Positions 28,224 through 44,242 of a stretch of 64,000 nucleotides of DNA are shown here, in pieces. The notes beneath the pieces are model-generated. The model did no database searches. It saw nothing but the letters and a program-made list of their open reading frames with translations, and was not told the origin of the DNA. The stretch lies in NCBI RefSeq assembly GCF_009914755.1, contig NC_060930.1; one strand, given 5' to 3'. Numbering within the stretch: the stretch's first letter is position 1; the number at the start of each line of letters is the position of its first letter. The stretch is from the human T2T-CHM13v2.0 reference genome, Homo sapiens. The position numbers were made by a program, and so were the translations under genes.

Positions 28224-28495
28224 TCACATGGCCGGGTACTCCTCTGAGACAAAACCTCCAGAGGAACGATCAGGCAGCAACATTTGCTGTTCACCAATAT
28301 CCGCTGTTCTGCAGCCTCCGCTGCTGATACCCAGGCAAACAGGGTCTGGAGTGGACCTCCAGCAAACTCTGACAGACCTGCAGCTGAGGGTCCTGACTGT
28401 TAGAAGGAAAACTAACAAACAGAAAGGACATCCACACCAAAATCCCATCTGTACGTCACCATCATCAAAGACCAAAGGTAGATAAATCCACAAAG

Positions 28496-29512
28496 ATGGG
28501 GAAAAAACAGAGTAGAAAAACAGAAAGTTCTAAAAATCAGAGCACCTCTCCTCCTCCAAAGGAACGCAGCTCCTCACCAGCAACGGAACAAAGCTGGATG
28601 GAGAATGACTTTGACTAATTGAGAAAAGAAGGCTTCAGACGATGAAAATTTTCTGAACTAAAGGAGGAAGTTCGAACCCACGGCAAAGAAGTTAAAAACC
28701 TTGAAAAAAGATTAGACGAATGGCTACCTAGAATAACCAATGCACAGAAGTCCTTAAAGGACCTGATGGAGCTGACAACCAAGGCACAAGAACTATGTGA
28801 CGAATGCACAAGCTTCAGTAGCTGATTCAATCAACTGGAAGAAAGGTTATCAGTGATGGAAGATCAAATGAATGAAATGAAGTGAGAAGAGAAGTTTAGA
28901 GAAAGAAGAATAAAAAGAAATGAACAAAGCCTCCAAGAAATATGGGACTATGTGAAAAGACCAAATCTACGTCTGATTGGTGTACCTGAAAGTGATGGGG
29001 AGAATGGAACCAAGTTGGAAAACACTCTGCAGGATATTATCCAGGAGAACTTCCCCAATCTAGCAAGGCAGGCCAACATTCACATTCAGGAAATACAGAG
29101 AACACCACAAAGATACTCCTTGAGAAGAGCAACTCCAAGACACATAATTGACAGATTCACCAAAGTTGAAATGAAGGAAAAAATGTTAAGGGCAGCCAGA
29201 GAGAAAGATTGGGTTACCCACAAAGGGAAGCCCATCAGACTAACAGCGGATCTCTTGGCAGAAACTCTACAAGCCAGAAGAGAGTGGGGGCCGATATTAC
29301 ACATTCTTAAAGAAAAGAATTTTCAACCCAGAATCTCATATCCAGCCAAACTAAGCTTCATAAGTGAAGGAGAAATAAAATACTTTACAGACAAGCAAAT
29401 GCTGAGAGATTTTGTCACCACCAGGCCTGCCCTACAAGAGCTCCTGAAGGAAGCACTAAACACGGAAAGGAACAACTAGTACCAGCCACTGCAAAAACAT
29501 GCAAATTGGAAA
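28496..29512 (+). pseudogene. L1 ORF1p, disrupted
   Basis: ATG GGG AAA AAA CAG start; several in-frame stops; KRPNLRLIGVPE..YPAKLSF segment ends at a premature TAG (29477-29479). Confidence 0.95.
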
Positions 29513-29571
29513 GACCATCGAGGCTAGGAAGAAACTGCAACTAACAAGCAAAATAAGCAGCTAACATCATA

Positions 29572-33398
<3,827 letters not shown>

Positions 33399-34499
33399 AC
33401 AATGAGAACACGTGGACACAGGAAGGGGAACATCACACACCGGGGCCTTTTGTGTGGTTGGGGAGGGGGGAGGGATGCATTAGGAGATACACCTAATGTA
33501 AATGACGAGTTAATGGGTGCAGCACACCAACATGGCACATGTATGCATATGTAACAAACCTGCCCATTGTGCACATGTACCCTAAAACTTAAAGTACAAT
33601 AAAAATAAATAAATAAATAAATAAATACTAGTTTGGCTGCATTGCTTTGATTTTCTTCTTTAGGGGCCTGTTCATACATACAAAGGATACCATTTACCTG
33701 TCTTCTATATGACTTTCTCTTAAATCCTTTCATTCTTTTGTTTTAATTTTTATCTTCACATCCTTTATTTCTGTCACTGTGCTGTCCATAGAGTTTGTCT
33801 GCTGTGTGTCCTTATAATTAAGTCTATGTTCTGAATGTTTTTCCTTTTTTAGAAATTCAGTTCTAAAGTGTTTAATTTCTCGTATTTTTTTTTCTGTTGC
33901 CTCACCATATCATTTCTGAGTTTTCTGTTTCTGAAATGTGCAACTAACTCTTTCCAAGCATTGACCAGATTCTTCAGTCTTTTTAATTCATTCTGAAATA
34001 ACTGGGCTACAGTTTCATCTGCTTTGTGGACAGAAGTGCCACAAAGAGCCGAATTGTCAGTGCAGACCCACATGAATCATAGATCTTAACGAGGTTTTTA
34101 CTAACGACTAGCAAAGGATACAAGCTAAAAATGGGTACAAGCAAACACAGCATCATTCATCACTGTAAAGACTCTGAACTATCACATGGAACTTCAAAAG
34201 GATTCTTCTTCTTTGCTGCAATGTGTTTTGATTTTTGGAGTGATAGATGTTTGCTAACTACGCACGTGACAAAAATTTGCTTAGAGGAAGCCATGTTAGT
34301 TTTGATGCTACTCAACTTTGTATTTTGTTAGTCATGAGATAGAAAGCCTGTGAGATTACATGCCCTTCTTTTAGCAGCTGCATCCCATAAAATTAAAAAT
34401 TCCAGTTTTTTTTAAACCATGAACAATTTAGTCAGACTTAATATATCCTATTTAAAACATTCTTAGATAAGAACTTCCTTTGTTATTTTGCTAATATAC

Positions 34500-35733
<1,234 letters not shown>

Positions 35734-37202
35734 TTATTTTTATTATGCTTTATAAAATATACAGTTATATTATCAAACTTCTTTTGTAAGAATCAAATAT
35801 TATGCTGAGAATATGGCAAGAAAAAAGAAAACAACCTCCACCACTCATAATGGCATTCCCTTTACCCACCATCAACTAAGTCAGGAACCTGCGTCACTTT
35901 CAAGTTTTCTGAAATGTGGACTGAAAATACTTGTGGAGGGCCCTCACAGATGCATTTAGAAATGGTATGTTCTGGAAAATGGAACTGAAATGTTTTAGCG
36001 AGAGTCATGGGCCCAAACCTTGAAATAGAGGTTGGTGGAGTTTTCTATAGTATGTAATTACAACACAATAAGACTCAAAAGCATTTCAATAAAGTGTGGA
36101 TGGAAGACAAGATACTGCTTCAAGGGCTTCATTAGCTTTCTGCAGACTGGAGCTCTCCAAGGCATGGGGAGGAACCCTGTTTACCTTTGGTTCAGAATCA
36201 GTTTTAACCATCATTGAGGGCTAGGTCAGAGTGCAGCATTAAGTCCTTGGGAATACACTGGGTGGGGAAAGAAAAGAGAGCAATGTTTTTCTAAAAGCCC
36301 AGAAATGGGCTTACTGTGTTTACCAGTTGTTTCCAGGATAATGTATTGCAGTGCCAATTGCTGATGAGATGGTAGGATTATACTTCAGTCCCTGCTTTAC
36401 ATTTATTTCTTAAAGAAGCTTCTGGTAAATTAGAGCAATAGCATCGGCTTAGTTTAGTGTTGTTCTGTTGGACTAAGGATATCAGTTCTATCCGTATGGT
36501 CGGGCCTAAAGCCTGGGAAATATTTAATGAAGGGAGAGAGGGGGAGAGAGTGAGCATGCAAAAGAGAGAGAGAAAAACAAATAACAAAACAAAAACCAAG
36601 ACATTTCCCTTTATAGTAAGAATGATGAGGAAAACATGTTTAGCCATACAAGATATCAAGATAATCTCTTATTTCTTTCTTGAAAATGCAAGTACAAATG
36701 CCTGCAAAGATAAAATATCCTCTGGATGGAGTGGAAAGGTTCACCAGGCCTCTGAAATCACGTGAATGATGTTGCGCTTTGCTGTTAATGAAGCTCGGTG
36801 CATTTTTCATTTCAGTTTCTACTAAGCATTTATGAGCTATTACCCTTCCCTTCCCTAAACTGCGTTGTTTTTTAAAAAGCCTTAGAGGCATTCCTTCTAG
36901 AAAATAAAGGTAAGTGTTAAGTGGTGATAATTTGGTAATAGGTGTCATGCTTGTGGTTCATAATGTGTTACCCTACACATTTTCTCAATTATCCCTAGAA
37001 CAGCTTTTTGAGGATATGAAGTTAGACCTTACAAAGCACATCTTTCTGCTGGAAAAATGAGGTTTATAGTGGTTAAGTTTAGTTGCTTATGATCACAAGG
37101 CTAGAGAGTGGCCGGAATCAAGACTCTTCACCCTGATTTCAGTGCTTTTTCACTCCACCATTAATATTTATTGTTGATAAATAATATCAACACTTTCCTA
37201 GG

Positions 37203-37746
37203 TGTATTAGGGTCATCTAGAGGGACAAGACTAATAGGATAGATGTATATATGAAAAGGAGTTTATTAAGGAGTATTGACTCACACCATCACAAGGTGAC
37301 GTCCCACAATAGGCCATCTGCAAGCTGAGGGGCAAGGAAGCCAGTCTGAGTCCCAAAACCTCAAAAATAGGGAAGCTGACAGTGCAGCCTTCAGTCTGTG
37401 GCCAAAGGCCCAAGAGCCCCTGGCAAACCACTAGTGTAGGTCCAAGAGTCCAAAAGCTAAAGGATTGGAGTCCAATGTTTGAGGGCAGGAAGCATCCGTC
37501 ATGGGAGAAAGATGGAAGCCAGAAGACAGCCAGTCTAGTCCTTCCACGTTCCTCTGCCTGCTTTTATCCTAGCCACGCTGGCATGATGATGACATGGTGC
37601 CCGCCCAGATTGAGGATGGGTCTCCATCTTCCAGTTCACTGACACAAATGTTAATCTTCTTTGGTAATACCCTCACAGACACACCCAAGGACAGCACTTT
37701 GCATCCTTCAATACAATCAAGTTGGCACTCAATAATAACCATCACA
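37203..37746 (-). mobile_element. HERV-L 3' LTR (MLT2A2)
   Basis: 544 bp, tgtattag...aaccatcaca. Confidence 0.93.
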
Positions 37747-37944
37747 AGTCCACACCTTGTCAACTTGATCCCACATACATCTCCTTAAATCATACATGAT
37801 CTCCAAATACAGACAATAATGTCATAATTACACTGAACATAATACAACTATCGTTCATACAACCAGAAATGCACCAATTCCCAAACCAAATGTTATTACA
37901 TAAAGTTAACAACACTTAAATGCTGATATGAAGTCAATAAATAC

Positions 37945-38252
37945 TTTTTTTTTTTAAAAGATGGAGTCTTGCTTTGTTGCCCAGGCTGGAATGCAGTGGT
38001 GCGATATTGGCTCACTGCAACCTCCGCCTCCTGGGTTCAAGCAATTCTCTGCCTCAGCCTCCCGAGTAGCTGGGATTACAGGCACCCACCGCCACACCTG
38101 GCTAATTTTTGTATTTTTAGTAAAGACGGGGTTTTGCCATCCTGGCCAGGCTGGTCTTGAACTCCTGACCTCGTGATCCACCCACCTCGGCCTCCCAAAG
38201 TGGTGGATCCCAAAGTGATCCACCCACCTTGACCTCCCAGGTTGTAAGCCAC
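37945..38252 (-). mobile_element. AluS inserted in HERV-L, rearranged 5' end
   Basis: Alu body; taaat(a)ctt on both sides; duplicated gtgatccacccacct block. Confidence 0.92.
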
Positions 38253-38559
38253 TAAATCTTATGTCACATGATACAGGAAAAAGAAAGGAAGTAAAATGAA
38301 GATATTGTCTTAGTACAAGTGTATACAGGCAGAAAGATGTTCTTAACAAAATAAGGAGGAAATACTCATGACAATTACAGTAACCTGGTTGCTGCAACTC
38401 ATCACATGGTCGTAGCTGTTATTGATGACTACCTTCTTCTACAACCCATTCTGTTTTCCCTTTGCCTCTAGCAAGTACCTCAGCAGGTCATGGTTCTTTA
38501 CCTGGTGGAGTGTCCCAAACCTTCATTCCTGAAGGGTCTGGGCCATTTGTAGTCCTGCC

Positions 38560-38860
38560 TGGATCGAGTTGTTGTCATTTTTTATTGACCTTAATCACAG
38601 GGCTTGGTAATACTAAGAGACACCCTAAGGAATTTCCTGTATTCCACACATGTTCTTCCTTACCTTCATTATGGAGTAGTAGACTGAGTTCATCTTGATA
38701 GGCTAAGTCAGTCACCCCAGCCAACACTAACTCCTTTCTTAGCCTGTTGACTTAGAGGTAGGAGGAGCCCGAGATTGCAATCTTAATTTCCAGTTTAATG
38801 AAATCATTATTGTGTCTCCTGGTGGCAACATTCATCGCCCTGGAACTGAGACTTCTAGGC
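38560..38860 (-). pseudogene. HERV-L dUTPase relic
   Basis: Minus strand reads LPPGDTIMISLNWKLRL ... YQDELSLLLHN ... LLVLPSPVIKVN after integrase, the ERV-L dUTPase position. Confidence 0.75.
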
Positions 38861-41800
38861 CAGCAGAACGTAATGCTGTGGAACAAGAAGCACAAATTTT
38901 ACTAGCGGGTCTCTAGGGGTGATGGTGAGTGGTGCCACTTCCATTTCCACCCCTTGATTCCTGGACCCATGAATCCTGGCTATGGGAGAAACAGTACCAA
39001 ATACTGGACACTGATCCGGAGCATACACAGCCTTCTGGAAAACTTTGCCCCAGCCCTGCAAAGTATTGTCGCCTAGTTGGCATTGTAATTGTGACTTCAA
39101 AAGGCCATTCCACCGTTCTATCAATCCGGCTGCTTCAGGATGATGGGGAACAGGGTAAGACCAGTGAATTCCATGAGCATGAGCCCACTGCTGCACTTCT
39201 TTAGCCATAAAGTGAGTGCCTTGTTCAGAGGCAATGCTGTGTGTAATGCCATGACAGTGGGTAAAGCATTCCATAAGTCCATGGATGGTAGTCTTGGCAG
39301 AAGCATTGCCTGCAGGATAGGCAAACCCATATCTAGAGTAAGTGCCCATTCCAGTGAAGACAAACCACTGTTCTTTCTGTGATGGAAGAGGTTCAGTATA
39401 ATCAACCTGCCACCAAGTAGCTGGCTGATCACCCCGAGGAATGGTGCCATATCGCGGCCTCAGTGTTTGTCTCTGCTGCTGGCAAATTGGGCACTCAGTT
39501 GTGGCTGTAGCCAGGTCAGCCTTGGTACGTGGAAGTCCATGTTGCTGAGCCCGTGCGTAACCTCCATCCCTGCCACCACAGCCACTTTGTTCATGGGCCT
39601 ATTGGGCGATGACAATGGTGGCTGGGGAAAGAGGCTGAGTGGTATCCACAGAACGAGTCATCCAATCCACTTGATTATTAAAATCCTCCTCTGCTGAGGT
39701 CATCTTTTGGTGAGCACTCACATGAGATACAAATATCTTCACAGTTTTTGACCACTCAGAGAGGTCCATCCATCCACATACCTCTTCCCCAAATTTCATT
39801 GTCATCAGTTTTCCAATCATGCTTCTTTCAAGTCCCTGACCATCCAGCCAAACCATTGGCTACCTCCCATGAATCAGTATATAATCACACATCTTGCCAT
39901 TTCTCCTTCTAAGCAAAGTGCACAGCCAGGGGCACTGCTCAAAGTTCTGTGCATTGGGAAGATTTCCCTTCACTGCTGCCCTTCAGGGATGTCCTAGAAA
40001 GGGGCTGTAGTGCTGCAGCTGTCCACTTTTGGGTGGTGACTGCATCATGCAGAGCCATCTGTAAACCAGGCCCTTGTCTTCTCTTCCTCTGTCAGCTTAT
40101 CATAGGGAACTCCCCATGAGGCCATCAGTGCAGGCTGGGGGAGAGAAGGCAGGGTGGCAGGAGTGGGGACCATGGGCATTTGAGCTACTTCCTCATGTAA
40201 AGTACTTGTTCCCTCAGGACTTGCTTGAGCCTGATCATGTATATACCACTTCCATTTGATGATGGAATGCTGCTGTGCACAACCCACTTTATGGCTAGAT
40301 GGGTCAAAAAGCATCTAGTTCATGATAGGCAATTTAGGTAGCTTGGTGATTTGATGACCTGTAGTCAAACATACAGTTTCTACCAAAGCACAGTAACAGG
40401 CCAAGAGTTGTCTCTCACAAGGAGAGTAGTTATCTGCAGGAGATGCAGGGCCTTGCTCCAAATTCCTAGAGGCCTCCCCTGTGATTGACCTATAGGGGCC
40501 TGCCAAGGGCTCCAAACAACATCCCTATCTGCCATTGACACTTCAAGCACCATTGGATCTGCCAGGTCATATGGCCCAAGTGGCAGAGCAGCTTGCCAAG
40601 CATTCTGGACCTGTTGCAGAGCCTTCTCTTCTGGATCCCACTCAAAACTGGAAGCCTTTCAGGTCACTTGATAAATGGGCTGGAGTAACACACCCAAATG
40701 AGGAATGTGTTGCCTCCAAAATCCAAATAGGCCTGCTAGGCATTGTGCCTCTTTCTTAGTTGTAGGAGGGGCCAAAGGCAGCAACTTATCCTTCATCTTA
40801 GAAGGAATATCTTGACAGACCCCACACCACTGGACCCCTAGAAGTTTTACTGAGGTAGAAGTTCCCTAAATTTTAGTCAATTTTATTTCCCAACCTCTGG
40901 CACACAAGTGTCTCACCAATAAATCCAGTATGTTTGCTACTTCTTGCTCATTGGATCCAATCAGCATAATGTCATGAATATAATGGACCAGTGTGATATC
41001 TTGTGGAAGAGAAAAACTATCAAGATCTCTCCAACAAGATTATGACACAAAGCTGGAGAATCGATATACCCCTGAGGTAGGACAGTAAAGGTATATTGCT
41101 GGCCTTGCCAGCTGAAGGCAAATTGCTTCTGCTGGGCCTTATGGACAGGAATGGAGAAAAAGCCATTTGCCAAATCAATGGTTGCATACCAGGTACCAGG
41201 AGATGTGTTAATTTGCTCAAGTAATGAACCCATATCTGGTCCAGCAGCTGCAATTGGAGTCACCGCTTAGTTAAGCTTACAATAATCCACTGTCATTTTA
41301 CAAGATCCATCTGTCTTCTGCACAGGCCAAACAGGAAAGTTGAACGGGGATGTGGTGGGAATCGCCACCCCTGCATCTTTGAAGTCCTTGATGGTGGCAC
41401 TAACTTCCTCCAGGGATGCAATGTTGTGTTTGATTTACTATTTTTCTAGGTAGAGGCAGCTGTAATGGCTTCCATTTGGCCTTTCCCACCATAATAGCCC
41501 TCACCCTACCAGTCAGGGAGCCAATGTGGGGGTTCTGCCAGCTGCTAAATATGTCTATGCCAATTATGCATTCTGGCACTAGGGAAATGACCACAGGATG
41601 AGTCTGGGACCCACCAGCCCCACTGTAAGTTGGACCTGAGCTAAAATTCCATTAATTAACTGATCTCCAAAAGCCCCTACTTTAACTGGAGGACCACGTG
41701 ATGTTTTGGGTCCCCTGGAATCAACGTCAGCTCAGAGCCAGTGTCCAGTTGTCCCTGAAATGTCTGATTATTTCCCTTTCCCCAGTGCACAGTTACCCTG

Positions 41801-41900
41801 GTAAAAGGCCAGAGGTCTCCTGGGGGAAGGATGGGAGAAAGAGTCACTGCATAAATTGTCAGCAATGTAGTGGGGTCCTTCCTCAAGGGGACCCAGCCTC
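38860..41900 (-). pseudogene. HERV-L pro-pol (protease, RT, RNase H, integrase), disrupted
   Basis: LDTGSE protease; IDLANGFFSIP and LPQGY RT motifs; catalytic motif reads YIHD at 40971-40982; WFTDGSA RNase H; HHPEAAGLIERWNGLLK integrase. Confidence 0.93.
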
Positions 41901-43652
41901 CCCTTCATTCAAGGGGTTCTGGGTCTATAAACTGGTTCAAGTCTGCAAATTGATTGAGGGGCCGTGATTCTTTGTATAATTTTTAATTTAAATTAGTCTT
42001 TTGTCTACTTGACCTGGAAGTTTTCTGCTTATATAAATTAAGCAAGAATGCAGTAGGCCTCTTGTCAATTTCACTTTTTAGGAACACTGAGATTAAGTAG
42101 CCAATGCCAGAGCTCTACACAAGTCAGACTATTCTGATTGTTGCCTTGCCTCCGCTGACCTTTACGGTAATTGCACCCACCTTGCCTTGATGCTTGAGTG
42201 CCACCACTTGGCCCATGCCACCTCAGGATCCAATTATTACCATTGTATTTAAATTTTGTAGTTGAATGACTGTGGTTCCCACTATAATATCTAGCATGCA
42301 GAGAAGAGCAATCACAGAGCTCTTCAAGGATGCAGGTGCTGCCCTCACAAATCTATTTCACAATGTGCTGGTCAAAGGTATATCTTCTGTACTCTCCCAG
42401 CTGGGATGAGTAGGACTAAAGTGACGAATTCACTCCACCATCCCAGTCTCCATAAGCCTTTGGATCCCTTCCTCTACATTAAACCAAGGGAGATCAGGCA
42501 TTTCCAGCTCACTCACAGTGGGCCACCTTTTGATCTATATTTCAGCTAACCAAGCAAATAAACTATTAGAACCTTTTTTAACTCTCCAAGCTGCAACATT
42601 AAATGCAGAATTCCTGCTTAGTGGGCCCAAATCAATCAATTCAGCCTGATCCAACTTTATGTTCCTTCTACCATTAGCCCACACCCTTAATATCCATTCC
42701 CATGCCTGTTCTCCAGATTTCTGCTTATATAAATTAGAAAACTCAAGCAGTTCTTTTGGAGTGTAGCGCACCTCCTTGTGGGTCACATTCTGAACCTCAT
42801 CTCTAAGGGGCCTGCCGGGACTTTAGTCTAGTTCTATAACTATAAGCAAACAGGGGTATTGAGGGTGGGTCCTTAGGAGAATCAACATCGTCTTTCCTGG
42901 CAACTGCCTCAAGGGAGGTCATCGCTGATGCCTTAGGCAGTGCAGGGTTAAACTCCTCAGACAAAGGTGAAAAGCCTGATGGCAGCGCAGGTGGAGGAGG
43001 GGATGTTGCCTCCCCTCTGTTGCCTGTTTCCTCTGGTAAAAAAGATTCATCAGAATTTAGAAGCTCAGTGCCCCCAGCCTTATCAGGGTCCTCCCGCATG
43101 GCCCCATTCCAAGTTGCAGGGTACCATTCTTTTTCAATCAATGCTGTCACTTTAACAGTAAACACCTGGCAAGGCTGTGCACGTACCTTTCGTTGCAGGT
43201 CAGCCACTCACATGATAAGAGCTTGTGTCTGATTTTCCGCAATTTCAGCTCTTTCTCTACAGGAGATAAGACTCGAACCCAGGGCAATCTTAGAAGATTT
43301 GAGGCTCAGAATGTGGTTCTGGAGCTGGGAGATAGAATCCCTGAGTTCATCATTTTTTTGTTTTCATCACTTTGATTAGTGAACTTAGGAGCAACCAACT
43401 AGCTTCATTATATTCCTTGGTTCTCCACATATGGTTAAAGGTATTAGGTATAAAGTCACTAAACTCCTTGCCTCTCATGAGCAGTGAATCAGGAGTATCA
43501 GATGCATTTATTTTGCATAACTCTCTACACAGTTCACAGCAAGGACTATCAGTGTTCTCCACACTATTAGAAGTAGAGTCCCTAGCATTTTGGCGTCTAA
43601 TCATATTTAGCAGCCAACTCCAGAAACCCCAAAACCATCTAAAGAAATCCAT
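41900..43652 (-). pseudogene. HERV-L gag, disrupted
   Basis: GFWSWLLNMIR... N-terminus and MHR-like LYKQKSGEQAWEWILRVW; split across frames. Confidence 0.88.
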
Positions 43653-43676
43653 CCGTAAAATTCTGTTCCTCTAGAA

Positions 43677-43691
43677 CCACTCCTGGTACCA
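43677..43691 (-). promoter_or_regulatory. Primer-binding site, tRNA-Leu type
   Basis: Minus strand TGGTACCAGGAGTGG, 5 nt inside the 5' LTR edge; complementary to a tRNA-Leu 3' end (CCACTCCTGGTACCA). Confidence 0.85.
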
Positions 43692-43696
43692 AAATC

Positions 43697-44242
43697 TGTA
43701 TTAGTCAGGATTCGCTAGAGGGACAGGACTCACAGGTGAGATGTATATATAAAAGGCAGTTTATTAAGGAGAATTGACTCACACAATCACAAGGTGAAGT
43801 CCCACAATAGTCTGCAAGCTGAGGAGCAAGGAAGCCAGTCCAAGTCCCAAAACCTCAAAACTAGGGAAGCCGACAGTGCGGCCTTCAGTCTCTGGCTGAC
43901 AGCCTGAGGGCCCCTGGCAAACCACTGGTGTAGGTCTAAGAGTTCAAAAGCTGAAGAACTTGTAGTCCAATGTTCGAGGCCAGGAAGCATCCAGCACAGG
44001 AGAAAGATGGAAGCCGGAAGACTTAGCCAGTCTAGTCCTTCCATGTTCCTCTGCCTGTTTTTGTCCTAGCCATGCTGGCAGCTGATTAGATGGTGCCCAC
44101 CCAGATTGAGGATGGGTCTCTATCTTCCAGTCCACTGACTCAAATGTTAATCTCCTTTGACAACACCCTCACAGACTCACTCAGGAACAATACTTTGCAT
44201 CCTTCAATTCAATCACATTGACACTCAGTATTAACCATCACC
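43697..44242 (-). mobile_element. HERV-L 5' LTR (MLT2A2)
   Basis: 546 bp, adjacent to PBS; colinear with 37203-37746. Confidence 0.93.

Larger units (their letters stand above)
37203..44242 (-). mobile_element. Complete HERV-L provirus (LTR-gag-pro-pol-dUTPase-LTR, no env)
   Basis: Two direct-repeat LTRs, TSD CTAGG (37198-37202 and 44243-44247), PBS, PPT-like gacaaggtgtggact next to the 3' LTR, retroviral protein motifs. Confidence 0.96.

Noticed and set aside
36758-36765. Palindromic E-box TCACGTGA (also CACGTG at 34264 and 57034)
   Set aside because: Isolated short motifs at background frequency
38560-43652. Domesticated HERV-L protein (Fv1-like gag or dUTPase)
   Set aside because: All frames are fragmented (longest piece 164 aa) and the RT catalytic motif is mutated
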